Positions 1-9,859 of a DNA stretch of 64,000 nt are shown one piece after another. The notes beneath the pieces are model-generated. The model did not search any database, had not been told where the DNA came from, and was given only the letters and a program-made list of their open reading frames with translations. The position numbers were made by a program, and so were the translations under genes. The first letter of the stretch is position 1. Each line of letters begins with the position of its first letter. The stretch is from an uncultured delta proteobacterium (lineage in GTDB: Bacteria; Desulfobacterota; Binatia; Bin18), in NCBI GenBank assembly GCA_963733195.1, contig CAVTCR010000026.1, forward strand, positions 1 to 64,000, read 5' to 3'.

Positions 1-539
1 AACGCGCCAGAAGCCAAGACAGAGAGATCGTTTTTTTTGGTGAGATTCCCAGGATCTGCCGGTTGACAAAGAGCGTGGGAGGCGTGGAGAGAAGCGCAGG
101 AACTTGGGAGACCCTGTCGGTGCCAACTTGCAGGGACGCCTTGGGATGGGATACGGATACTGAGCCACGCATTGGGGAAACCCTCGATACACGGTAGGCC
201 GGACCCTAACCCCAGGAGGAAGCGCAAGTCGGTAGGCCAAAGCGACCACATGGAGCCAGGTCGATACCCGGCAGGGAGTCGGATCCACCTCATAGTACTG
301 GGCGGGCGGGAGAGCCGTCCACAGGGGGAAGGGGGTGACGGTGGGACGGAGCCTTCATAGGGAACTTGTGCCGGACATGCAGGGCCGGACTATCGCAAGC
401 CAACCTCCCTGAAGGGAATAGCAATGTCCGGGGTAACCTGGATTTGCGGAAGCGAGTCTCACTGAGGAGCCCGGTGCGGGAAAACCGCACGCCGGGAACT
501 GTGCGGGGGGCGTCGGGTAACCGGCGTCCCTACCGCGAC
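1..539 (+). mobile_element. Group II intron (5' end outside window) with the RT/maturase ORF almost completely deleted
   Basis: Domain V GAGCCCGGTGCGGGAAAACCGCACGCCGGGAACT (467-500, AGC triad). Domain VI ends ...CCCTACCGCGAC at 539. Conserved GGAGTCGGATCCACCTCATAGTAC motif near 275-298. Remnant of the IEP N-terminus (QPTSLKGIA) at about 397-423. Confidence 0.9.
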
Positions 540-601
540 GCCCGCTAGTCTCAACTGTCAAGGCTGTTAGTTTTCCTGTCGAGAGGGAAGGAGGGATTCC
601 G

Positions 602-1864
602 ATGTTGACCACGACTCAACACTCGATGTTACCGACCACAGTTACCGGTTCATGGCCACGCCCACGGTGGTTCGATAGGAGCCTGTGGGGTCGGAGACTC
701 TCTGACGCGATGACGGATATGGATTATCGGGAGAAATTGCTCGATGCGGTCGCTGCTGTGCTGAGCGATCAAGAACAGGCCGGGCTCGATATCCTCACCA
801 ATGGCGATTATCACTTGGACGAGAGCCTCGGGGGTCAATCCTGGTTGTTGTATCCCGTCGAACGGATGAAAGGCGTCACCCGCGAGGAGACCTATCCTTC
901 CAGCGAAGAATGGTCTTTCAAGCCGGGGTCGATTCTCAACGTGGTCATGGGCGGGTGGCGCTACCCCGCGGCGGTCGATAAGGTGTCGCGCGGTCGCTCG
1001 TGGGAGTTCGCGAAGGCCTGGCGTATCGCGCAGGCCAAGACAGGACGGCCGGTGAAGTTCGGGACGGTGTGTGGCCAGGTTCTGGGCTCGATGATCGAAG
1101 TCAGAACCGAAAAGTATAACAAAGACAAACGCGAACTGATCTGGGACATGTGTGGTCGCGATCAACGAAGAGCTCCGGGAATTGGCGGCGGCGGGCTGCC
1201 AGGCGATTCAAATCGAAGATCCCCTCATCCACATGATTGCGGCAACCAAGCCGAGCAAAGACTACATCGAGTTTTTGATCGACGCCTACAACCGGGAGGT
1301 CGAGGGACTTGATGACGTCGAGATCTGGATCCATACCTGTTGGGGGAATCCGAACATGCAGCGCGCATTTGCCGATACGTCCTACGCGGGGAGCTTCGAG
1401 ATTTATATGGAGCGCCTTAGAGCCGACATCTGGACGCTGGAGATGAAAGAGCGCAACTACGCCGATATCGAGCTTTTCAAACGGTACAAAGGGCAACGCT
1501 GGCCGAAAAAGGTCGCGCTCGGCGTCATTAGTCATCGGAATTTACAGGTCGAGACACCAGAAGAAGTGGCCGCCGATATTCGTCGGGCGATGCAGTACAT
1601 TGACCCTGAGCAGATCGTGCTCTCGACAGACTGCGGCTTCGGGCGGCAGGGCTGCAACCGCTATGATTGCCTTCCACAAGACATCTCGATGGTACAAGGG
1701 GCCAATATCGTTCGCAAAGAACTAGGCGTTCCACGACTCGCATCCGCGCGGAAGAACCACGCTTGCAGATCGATAATCTTGCTCGCGAGCATAGCGAACT
1801 CAAACTACACAGGGCACATGATCACAGAGCAAGGGTGTGGAGAAATGAGAAGAGGGGGGGATAA
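602..1864 (+). CDS. Cobalamin-independent methionine synthase II-like (MetE C-terminal-type) Zn enzyme; frameshifted
   Basis: LPTTVTGSWPRP, GLDILTNGD, IHTCWGN and TDCGFG motifs are spread over ORFs 602-1312, 1152-1904 and 1667-1864. The final TAA lies in the R'' box of attC-1. Confidence 0.8.
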
Positions 1865-1956
1865 CCACGCGCGCCACCGCATCGCGGCCCGGTTGCGGAT
1901 GTGAAAAAGCCGAAAGGCCGCGTTGGGGCAGTTCGCGGTGCGCTGGGGTGTTCGGC
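1859..1956 (+). other. attC site 1 (integron recombination site)
   Basis: R'' GGATAAC ... R' GTTCGGC. L boxes GCGCCACCGC / GCGGTGCGC with one extra base. The internal TTGCGG..AAGCCGAAAGG..CGTTGGG resembles attC-4. Confidence 0.75.
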
Positions 1957-2107
1957 GGCTTACGCGTCGTAGGGACGGAACTGTACGTAACGGCGGAGGG
2001 GGATGTTACAAGGACCCACTGATTCGTGGTAAGTTGGGTGCGGGTCGTGCGACTGGGGTTCGTTGCGCAGGGGCGAAGTTAGCGTTGATGCGCGGTCAGG
2101 AAATCAC

Positions 2108-2606
2108 ATGAGTGACACGAAGCAAACTCCTCCGTCGGCGGATGAGGCCGACGTCGAACGGGAGGTGCGACTCGGGCGGAAGTTTTCGCTGAGCGAAGCG
2201 ATCGGCCGGATGGGCGGGAAAGGCCTCCTGAAGGGCGAGTCGCCCGTCGCGCCAAAACGCCGACCGAGGCCGAGATCGCCGACTATCTGAGAGCGCACCT
2301 CCAGGATTCGGAGGGGTCTTGGCGGGGGTTGTTCTCCGCCACGTGAGGACGAGCGAGGGGCTGCTCACGAATTTCGATCAGCCCATGGTCGTATTGGTCA
2401 GCTACGTCAACCAAGTCCTGCAATCGGAGGCGCTCCTAACGGACGTTGTGAGTGAGGCCGATGCGGAATGGGGACGAGCGTACGGCGAGCGGCCGTATTT
2501 TGAACGGGACGGACATCGACCGCACCCGGAGGACCCCTACACGCTGGCATCGGTGCGCGACGCACTGACGCAACTCCTCGCGAGGGCAACGCGAGACGAC
2601 GAATAG
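2108..2606 (+). CDS. Hypothetical cassette protein; frameshifted near 2260-2300
   Basis: ORFs 2063-2290 (ATG at 2108) and 2319-2606 read as one protein lying between attC-1 and attC-2. Confidence 0.6.
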
Positions 2607-2733
2607 AGGGCAGCGGCGAGGACAGAGCGCAGAGCGGGGGTGAGCGTAGGGGAAGCGGACGAACACAGGTGCACGTTCGGTGCCGGGGAGGTAGTGAACG
2701 ACCACACGATAGAGGTACGAGCATTGACGCGCC

Positions 2734-2825
2734 GCCGAACTATCGGGTGCACCGGAGCTGGCGTACATGAGCTTGTCGGTGAATCCCGCGCCGCTGCGCC
2801 GGCCCGATGAACCATGTCGTTCGGC
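2734..2825 (+). other. attC site 2
   Basis: R'' GCCGAAC (2734-2740) is exactly complementary to R' GTTCGGC (2819-2825). L boxes GGTGCACCGG / CCGATGAACC. Confidence 0.8.
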
Positions 2826-2844
2826 AAATTAAGGAACGTGGAAC

Positions 2845-4111
2845 ATGCACATGATGGTTCTTGGGTTCATGATTCTTGTTCCCTTGTTGGTCGGTTCGAT
2901 GAGGGTTGTCTGGGCAGACGACATTGCGTTGCCAGACGATGTACACATCATACCTCCCGCTCCTGACGTACCACAAAGCTACGCTGCATTTTCTGGGGCG
3001 TGGATCGGGGGAGCCTGGACGGCACTGCTCCCATGTGTTCATTGTCGAACATATCACCAGCGAGGGGGCTGCTACCGTCGTCTATGCCTATGGGGATGCG
3101 CCGGAATGGCATATTACTCGCGGGTGGACTGGACCACTGGCACCATTACCCACGGTCAGCTTCAATTTACGCTGCGAGGTGGCAATGCCCACGTCCAGTA
3201 TAGGCATGAGAGCAAGACCAAACTCCTGGGGTTTTACGATACGGATCGCACGGGTTCTTTCGTCAGCCTCGTCAAGACGGATGTCACCACGACAGCCGCT
3301 ATCCGCCGCGTGACGCAAGGCCTGCAGACACGGATGGACGCTGAGACGTTGTCCATTCCTCTCACCGTCCATGATGACGTCTTGGGAGTGCCCAAGGAAC
3401 TCAAGCTCAGCAGCCACGTTATACCGTCCCTCGCGGATGGGACGATTTCCCGTGGTCATTTTCAATCATAGCTCCACAGGACCAGGGGTGATTCCGGCGT
3501 CGCTCACCCTGCGCCACGAAGCACAGGCTCATTATTTTTGGCAACGGGGATATGCCGTCATCTCGCCAATGCGCAAAGGGCGAGGCAGTTCCGAAGGCCC
3601 TACGCAGAACCGTATCGTTGTGAGACCAGTGCAGTGGCCGCCGGTGTAGCTTCCGCTCTGGTAGATTTGGACGGGGTCTTCGAGTTCGTGGGGAGGCAGT
3701 CGTATATTGATACCGACCATATGCTGATTGCGGGGATTTCTCGCGGAGGGTATCTCTCCGTCGTCTATGCGGGGAAGGGGAAATCTCCGCGAACGCCTCA
3801 AGGGTGTGGTCAACTTTGTCGGGGGCTGGATGGGCGAAGGGTGTGGGACGGACCTCAACTCGGCGGGATATGCCGAGGCCGCGCCCCACATTCCCTTCCC
3901 GACGCTGTGGCTGTATGCGGCAGGTGATCGGTATTATTCCCCTGGGGCGATTCAGGGGTATGTGCGCGCCTTTACCGAGGCAGGTGGTCGTGCCACGTTC
4001 ACGCTGTATGAGAAGATTCCGGGCAATGGTCATAACTTAGCAATGTTTGTATCGACGTGGAAACCAGCCGTCGATCACTATCTTGAGACCATTGGTTTCG
4101 CCAGGAAGTAG
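2845..4111 (+). CDS. Secreted dienelactone-hydrolase-like alpha/beta hydrolase (cassette gene); several frameshifts
   Basis: Signal peptide. GRFPVVIFNH, RKGRGSSEG, nucleophile elbow AGISRGG, PTLWLYAAGDRYY and GNGH across the split ORFs. Confidence 0.75.
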
Positions 4112-4225
4112 GCAGGATATCGGTAGCTGACAGGCGACAAAGGGTGGAGTCCTCAATAAGCAGGACGTAAAAACTGGGGGCAGACTCGCAGGAACCTATT
4201 GTCGAGACTTGCTGGCCGTGACTGG

Positions 4226-4312
4226 GCCGAACCAAGGCATGAGCCGACGCCCTCCTGCGTCAGCTCGTGCCTCGCTCCCGCTTCCGGGCGCGGTTCATGC
4301 CTGGCGTTAGCT
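4226..4312 (+). other. attC site 3
   Basis: R'' GCCGAAC, L'' GGCATGAGCCG pairing with L' CGGTTCATGCC, R' GTTAGCT. Confidence 0.85.
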
Positions 4313-4360
4313 GGCTTTCAGATATGCTTGCTTGTCAGAATGCCCATCTTCCCAGTAGAC

Positions 4361-4716
4361 GTGAAATTTGAATGGGACAACGCGAAGAACACAGAAAATA
4401 TCCTCAAGCACGGCTTGGATTTTGCCGATGCGTGGCAGTTTTCGCTGCCCACGATGTTGACCGCGTTGGATACCAAAGAGGACTATGGCGAAGACCGCGA
4501 CAGACGAAGAGATTGACACTTCGGATATCCCGCTCTTGGATGAGGCCTTTTTCCGTAAATGCCAAGTTGCGGCTGCCGAAAGGCAAAGTGCCAGTTGTTA
4601 TCGGAGTAGACGAGAACGTTGTAGGGTGGTTCAAAGCTCAAGGGGACGAATACCAGAGGCTCATTAACGCCGCGCTACGCATCTACGCCGAGGCGCATAA
4701 GGAAAGGGCTCGCTGA
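4361..4716 (+). pseudogene. BrnT toxin N-terminus fused by deletion to BrnA antitoxin C-terminus
   Basis: VKFEWDNAKNTENILKHGLDFADA...EDYGEDR (BrnT) runs directly into TDEEIDTSDIPLLDEAFF...VVGWFKAQGDEYQRLINAALR (BrnA). Confidence 0.8.
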
Positions 4717-4816
4717 CAGTAAAGACGCCAGTGATTGTGATTTGATAACTCAATGAAGAAAGCTTTTAGCGCCTATAACATACAAACGGATCTCGTCCAA
4801 AAGGAGGGAGACTCTC

Positions 4817-4950
4817 ATGCCTGCCCCGTTCTCCGGCGGCTGCGCTGCCGGAGCCATCCGCTATGAGCGTGCTCCGGACCTGCTCATTACGCTGAACTGC
4901 CACTGCCGCGATTATCAGCGGGCGAACGGTAGCGCTTACGCCGCGCTGCT
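4817..4950 (+). pseudogene. GFA/CENP-V family N-terminal fragment
   Basis: FSGGCAAGAIRYE...NCHCRDYQRANGS, preceded by RBS AAGGAGG and truncated. Confidence 0.7.
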
Positions 4951-4954
4951 GAAC

Positions 4955-5196
4955 GGGCCCGTAGAGAGGTACGGCGGCGCACGCGGCGGCCAAGCGAAGC
5001 CCGCCAAGTAGCGGTGTATGGGGCGCGGCGTCTTGCGGGGAGTGACCTGCGAGCGTTTGGGCGCTATTTCGGGTTGAGGTATCCGGCGGTGAGTCGTTGT
5101 GTCCACGCCATCGAGGCGGCGTGCAGCACGATGCGAGGTTACGGAAACGAGTAGACAACGTTTTTGGGATTATTGGTAAAGTAAAGACTTGACCCC
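4955..5196 (+). mobile_element. 3' remnant of a Y1 (RAYT-like) transposase with DnaA-C-like HTH tail and terminal motif
   Basis: Reads roughly RQVAVYGARRLAGSDLRAFGRYFGLRYPAVSRCVHAIE...KVKT*, then AAGACTTGACCCC, an end motif typical of such elements. Confidence 0.5.
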
Positions 5197-5273
5197 TAAT
5201 ATGCGTATCCTCTCGCTTCGCGAGGAGGCGTTTTGCGGGCGAGGCTCCCGTTCTGTATCCACCCGCATCGGTA

Positions 5274-5325
5274 TTGACTGAAAGGTCAACGGCATTAATA
5301 TACGGCGTGTAACTCAGTTACACGC
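5274..5325 (+). promoter_or_regulatory. Sigma70-like promoter plus palindromic operator of a decayed TA module
   Basis: TTGACT (5274) and TAATAT (5296). Perfect inverted repeat GCGTGTAACT-C-AGTTACACGC (5305-5325) abuts the ATG at 5326. Confidence 0.55.
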
Positions 5326-5410
5326 ATGAAGGCCCCACCCAAACTCGATCGACTGTTGGAACGTATTCGCGAGGCACTGGATACGGGGCACTTTCTCGAT
5401 ACTGTACATA
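5326..5410 (+). pseudogene. N-terminal fragment of a probable DUF4258-type toxin, truncated by an IS
   Basis: MKAPPKLDRLLERIREALDTGHFLDTVH, ending where the IS630 remnant begins. Confidence 0.45.
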
Positions 5411-6130
5411 ATCTACGCGTGGTATAGGTCTCCTAAATCAGTTGTGCGGGTCAGGCCAATACCGACTGAATTTCTTCGAGTCGACGCTAAGAGTCCGCAG
5501 GAACGTCGAGAAGCCAGTGTCACAGCAGCGAAGGTTTTGTTGACGGCGAACTGTTGCGCAGCTACGTTTTGCCTTTGAGCCAGACGTCCTCGGTGGGATT
5601 CTGCTCTGGGGCATTGGGGCAAACAACAAGCACGTCACTTTCCAAGCTGCTTCGGCTAAGCCCGCATTCGTCTGCGCCAGGAAAGTTTGCAGCTCCGCCC
5701 CACGATGATAACTGGCCCCGTCCCACCACCCGAGTAACTTCTTGTCGGGATACAGACTTTGACACCACCGCAGATACGCGACCGTATTGCTCCCCTCGCC
5801 CCCGGCTTCTCTTGGAGATGCACGGTACGCGTCAACACCCTAATCGCACCGTAGTAGGTTTGCCGCGCCCGCTCGTTGATCATAGGGACCTCAAGGGGGG
5901 TATTCCGTTTGCCCCAGACCTTGCCCACACATCCCCCCACCCTAAGTGCCATTCGTCTTCGAGCAGCACAATCGCTTCGCCCCGCTCGATCTCGTCCCCA
6001 CACGCCGCCAGTTTTTTAATCTCCTCTCGTCGGGCGAGCACCTGCCCTCGTCCCGTTTGGGATTGCTCTTCTCACTGCGGTTATGGACACACTCTCAGCG
6101 GCACTCAGTAGATTGCCCTGACGCTATAGT
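5411..6130 (-). mobile_element. Degenerate IS630-family transposase
   Basis: VWGKRNTPLEVPMINERARQTYYGA and PNAPEQNPTEDVWLKGK (IS630 PELNPIE-type motif). Multiple frame breaks; boundaries approximate. Confidence 0.75.
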
Positions 6131-6216
6131 AGGGGGTAGGCTTTGAGAAGAATTTGGGGAACTCTCAACGCGAAAGATGTCAGGCTCCAGCCCGCAGTCA
6201 GGAGGAAACTTTAGTT

Positions 6217-6447
6217 ATGGCAACTGCAACAATCTCGATCCAAGTGGAGGGAGAGGTCGCCAAAGCCTTTGCTGCCGCATCCACTGAAGAGCAGCGCAAG
6301 ATAGAACTTTTACTCCGCCTCCGCTTACAAGACCTCATCCTCGGACCGCAGAGACCTCTGAAAGTCGTGATGGACGAAATCGGGGAGCAAGCCGAGGCTC
6401 GGGGTCTGACCCCAGAAATCTTGGAGTCGTTGCTGCGTGACGAATAA
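6217..6447 (+). CDS. Putative antitoxin
   Basis: MATATISIQV... ending VMDEIGEQAEARGLTPEILESLL; overlaps the PIN toxin start. Confidence 0.75.
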   Translation: MATATISIQVEGEVAKAFAAASTEEQRKIELLLRLRLQDLILGPQRPLKVVMDEIGEQAEARGLTPEILESLLRDE

Positions 6448-6868
6448 GTTGCGGGCGGTGTTCGATACCAGTGTAGTGGTTAGCGCGGTCCTCTTGCCAC
6501 GGTCCGTACCACGCCAAGCGTTTGACCGGGCGCAGGAGCACGGGAAGGTATTGGTTTCCGTCGCGACAGTTGACGAACTCAACGAGGTGCTCCGTCGCCA
6601 GCACTTTGACAAATATGTACGAGAAGCCCAGCGATTGGAGTTCCTTGCTGCGCTGATCCGAGAAGCAGAGTTGGTTGACGTCACTGAAGTCGTGACCGAG
6701 TGCCGTGATCCGAAGGATAACAAATTTTTGGAGTTGGCAGTCAGCGGTAAGGCTACGTGCATCATCAGTGGGGACAAGGACTTACTCGCTCTACATCCGT
6801 TTCGCGGTATTCCGGTGATTGCACCCCAGGTTTTTCTGCTGCAAATGTGGCCGGAGAGGACTGCCTAA
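6437..6868 (+). CDS. PIN-domain toxin (PIN_3-type TA toxin)
   Basis: AVFDTSVVVSA, ECRDPKDNKFLELA, IISGDKDLL. The stop codon lies inside attC-4 R''. Confidence 0.9.
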   Translation: MTNKLRAVFDTSVVVSAVLLPRSVPRQAFDRAQEHGKVLVSVATVDELNEVLRRQHFDKYVREAQRLEFLAALIREAELVDVTEVVTECRDPKDNKFLELAVSGKATCIISGDKDLLALHPFRGIPVIAPQVFLLQMWPERTA

Positions 6869-6961
6869 CTGACGCGCTGCATTGGACCCCGGCCATGTTG
6901 CGGTTCTGGAGGAATCCGAGAGGTTTCGTTTTAGCAGTGGCCAGTGAGCACCGCGTTCGGC
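6863..6961 (+). other. attC site 4
   Basis: R'' GCCTAAC containing the toxin TAA; L'' GCTGCATTGG / L' CCAGTGAGC with an extra base; R' GTTCGGC. Confidence 0.85.
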
Positions 6962-7071
6962 CGTGAGCGAAAGTTAATTTGTGAAGACATTCAACATCGA
7001 GTATTACTATTGTTTTGCTCACTAATAGAGACAGAGAAAAAGCAGCGTCGTTTCGATGCTCCCGTGTGATA

Positions 7072-7098
7072 ACGGCACGCGTATAACCGTGCCGTTAC
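7072..7098. terminator. Hairpin downstream of the convergent LLM gene
   Basis: AACGGCACG-CGTATAAC-CGTGCCGTT inverted repeat. Confidence 0.35.
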
Positions 7099-7107
7099 CT
7101 CTCTTTT

Positions 7108-8130
7108 CTACAGGATCAATTCCGCTAGCAGCCTCAGCGCTTCTGGTTGTGATGTGCCGATGAGTAGACTGGTTGCGGGAGACGCCTTCCAGGCTTGCAG
7201 GCGCTCGGTGATGCGTTCCCGCGTCCCGACCAGCGCGACTTCATCAACAAGTTTGTCTGGTACAAGTGCGACTGCTTCGGCTTTTTTCCCACCCAAGTAC
7301 AAATCTTGGATCTTCTTCGCGGCGTCTTCATACCCCATGCGTTTCGCGTAGTCGTTATAAAAATTTGCGTTTCGTGCCCCCATGCCACCAATGTACAACG
7401 CAAGGTTTTCTTTCACTGGCATCCGGCATTTCTCCAGGTCGCTTCCCACAACACAAGTGACAAACGGTGCGAGGTCGAAATCTGCCATGCTTTTCTTGTT
7501 GGTTGCCTTGGCAAAGCCACGCTCTAACTGAGGGATGAACAACTGCGGCTTCTCTGGGTTCATCCAGATGGGGAGGTTACCGTCAGCGACCTCGCCCGCA
7601 CAGGCAATGCCATTGGGGCTAATCGATGCCATGTAGATTTTCATATCCGTGCGGCCATGCAGGATACTTTTGAGCGGTTTTCCTAACCCTGTGGCATCGG
7701 GTCCAGCGTACGGGATCTGGTAATACTCCCCTTGATGTTGCAGCGGCGCTTCTCGGGCGAGAATCTTTCGTACGATGCTCACGTATTCGCGCGTACGAGG
7801 AATCGGCTTACCATAGGCAACGCCATGCCAGCCTTCGGCTACTTGTGGGCCTGACGGTCCCACACCGAGCATAAATCGCCCGCCCGATAAGGCGTCCAAT
7901 GTCATTGCAGTCATTGCAGTCATTGCAGGCGTCCGTGCAGGCATTTGCAAGATCGCCGCACCGAGTTTAATTTTTGCTGTGCGTGAACCGATCCAAGCCA
8001 AGGGCGTGACGGCGTCAGAGCCGTACGCCTCCCCAGTCCAAACAGAATCAAATCCGAGCTTCTCTGCTTCAAGAATGAGGTCCATGTTCAGACGCGGTCC
8101 AGCCGCGCCAACGAGTAATCCGAGTTTCAT
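7108..8130 (-). CDS. LLM-class F420-dependent oxidoreductase
   Basis: [35 protein letters not shown]. Confidence 0.9.
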   Translation of the reverse strand: MKLGLLVGAAGPRLNMDLILEAEKLGFDSVWTGEAYGSDAVTPLAWIGSRTAKIKLGAAILQMPARTPAMTAMTAMTLDALSGGRFMLGVGPSGPQVAEGWHGVAYGKPIPRTREYVSIVRKILAREAPLQHQGEYYQIPYAGPDATGLGKPLKSILHGRTDMKIYMASISPNGIACAGEVADGNLPIWMNPEKPQLFIPQLERGFAKATNKKSMADFDLAPFVTCVVGSDLEKCRMPVKENLALYIGGMGARNANFYNDYAKRMGYEDAAKKIQDLYLGGKKAEAVALVPDKLVDEVALVGTRERITERLQAWKASPATSLLIGTSQPEALRLLAELIL

Positions 8131-8343
8131 TGCCAATGTCTCCTCTCCTTTTTTGATTGGTCGTTATAATAGCTGAGAGTACACCCAATTTCCCCCAGCC
8201 ATAGCCTATAGGGAAAACACACCAAGAGGTGGATTGTGCTGCTTCTGAGTTCTCTTCTCCCCCTTGATAGGTGAGAGGACCTAACATCGCGCGCTGTTCT
8301 GTCTTTTCGTTCCAACGACGCGGCACTTCTCGATAACATACGC

Positions 8344-8664
8344 TCAGGGATGCTGCGAAGCTTGATGGCTGGTAAGAAGGCCCTGAGCTGCTTGACTGGC
8401 GCGGAGTGCGGCCTCAACGGCAACATCAAACTGCGATTGATTGAACGCAGTTTGTGCGGTTAACAGGTCAGCCTCAGCTGCCCGCAATACTGCGGGCTCT
8501 TCTGCTGCGGCGTGCGCATCTTGAACCGCAGAGATGTGCCGTTGCGCCTCAAGAATCGCTGACCTCGCCTGTCGTTCATCTCCAGACCCATAGGATGACC
8601 AGATAGTAATGAAGATCAGGACGATAGCAGCAGCGATGATTCCCGGCCACGGGCCACTTAGCAT
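8344..8664 (-). CDS. Membrane-anchored helical protein (DUF4398-like)
   Basis: N-terminal TM helix and Ala-rich helical domain; last gene of the hflKC operon. Confidence 0.55.
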   Translation of the reverse strand: MLSGPWPGIIAAAIVLIFITIWSSYGSGDERQARSAILEAQRHISAVQDAHAAAEEPAVLRAAEADLLTAQTAFNQSQFDVAVEAALRASQAAQGLLTSHQASQHP

Positions 8665-8724
8665 ACTGGTTCCTCCTCCTTTGCTGACGAGGGCACGGTC
8701 GCAAAGATCTCACTACTGGTTTTC

Positions 8725-8997
8725 TCATCCCTTGGTTGTTCGCGGGCGGGTATAAAGCTCTTGACATTCTTGGCTGCAAAAATGGAGCCCTTGCCCATGA
8801 AAAGAGATCTTCAGGGCGTCATGCTCAGGTACGAATCGACCGCACTGCGGGTCCTGAACGAGAAGCACCCCTTCTTGCGTGTGACCTTTTTCTTTGTCTG
8901 GACGAGGCAAGGACAAGAGGAGAAAAAGCCGCCGTACGCCGTAGATCAATATCCAGATGAAGATAACCAGCGACAGAAAGCGTAGGAACCCACCCAT
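8725..8997 (-). CDS. Membrane protein with YHS/TRASH metal-binding domain
   Basis: TM helix followed by LVQDPQCG...HFCSQEC. Confidence 0.8.
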   Translation of the reverse strand: MGGFLRFLSLVIFIWILIYGVRRLFLLLSLPRPDKEKGHTQEGVLLVQDPQCGRFVPEHDALKISFHGQGLHFCSQECQELYTRPRTTKG

Positions 8998-8999
8998 AA

Positions 9000-9854
9000 C
9001 TATTGTCCCTGTGGATTCTGGAGATATCGTAGCAATTCCGAGTCGGGTGGTAATACCACCGTAGTGTCATTGCTCAGGATCTTCTCATATGCCTGCAGCC
9101 GACGAGTAAACGCGTAGAACTCCGGAGACTGGCCAAATGCCTGTGCATAGATAGTCGTGGCTTGGGCATCGCCCTCGCCACTGAGCTTCTGACTGGTTTC
9201 ATAGGCAGTGGCCAGGATGACTTCCCGTTCTCGGTCCGCACCTGCACGAATCTCTCGGGCACGCTCTTCACCCTCTGCCCGGTAGCGTTTGGCAATACGC
9301 TCCCGTTCCGCTCGCATGCGGGCAAACACACTTGCCTGTACTTCTTGTGGCAGATCCAACGCCTTAATGCGCACGTCCAGGACCTCAATGCCAAAGGTCT
9401 TAGCGGTTTCTTTGGTGTCTTTGGTCACCACTGCCATAATTTCCTCACGCTTCTCGCGGACGAAATCCAGGAAGTTATGTTCCGCGGTTTCCTGGCGCAA
9501 GCGGGCGGAGATGAGGTCGTCTAATCGTGCCATTGCTCGCTGTTGATCACGAACGCTACTATAAAACCCTAGGGGGTCCTGGATGCGCCAGCGAGAGACG
9601 TGGTCCACCAGCACGCGTTTTTTATCCAGTGTAAGATACTCGGCCATCCGTGCATCGGTGGTCAGCACCCGTTTCTCAAAGCGGACGAGGGTCTGGATGA
9701 ACGGCACTTTAAAATAGAGCCCTGGTTCCTGCAGAATCCGTTGTGGGTTACCGAACTGGATGATCATGCCTTGCTCCCACTCGCCTATCGTGAATGCCGT
9801 CTGTGCAAGGACGAAGGCAATGGCAAGGGCCAAGCCGGGAATAAATCTTGCCAT
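9000..9854 (-). CDS. hflC: FtsH modulator HflC
   Basis: SPFH domain; EPGLYFKVPFIQ, VFARMRAERER, PEFYAFTRRLQAY. Confidence 0.95.
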   Translation of the reverse strand: MARFIPGLALAIAFVLAQTAFTIGEWEQGMIIQFGNPQRILQEPGLYFKVPFIQTLVRFEKRVLTTDARMAEYLTLDKKRVLVDHVSRWRIQDPLGFYSSVRDQQRAMARLDDLISARLRQETAEHNFLDFVREKREEIMAVVTKDTKETAKTFGIEVLDVRIKALDLPQEVQASVFARMRAERERIAKRYRAEGEERAREIRAGADREREVILATAYETSQKLSGEGDAQATTIYAQAFGQSPEFYAFTRRLQAYEKILSNDTTVVLPPDSELLRYLQNPQGQ

Positions 9855-9859
9855 GATGA

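Noticed and set aside
172-612. Short ORFs over the first 600 nt as genes
   Set aside because: They overlap group II intron RNA structure and have no protein-family features.
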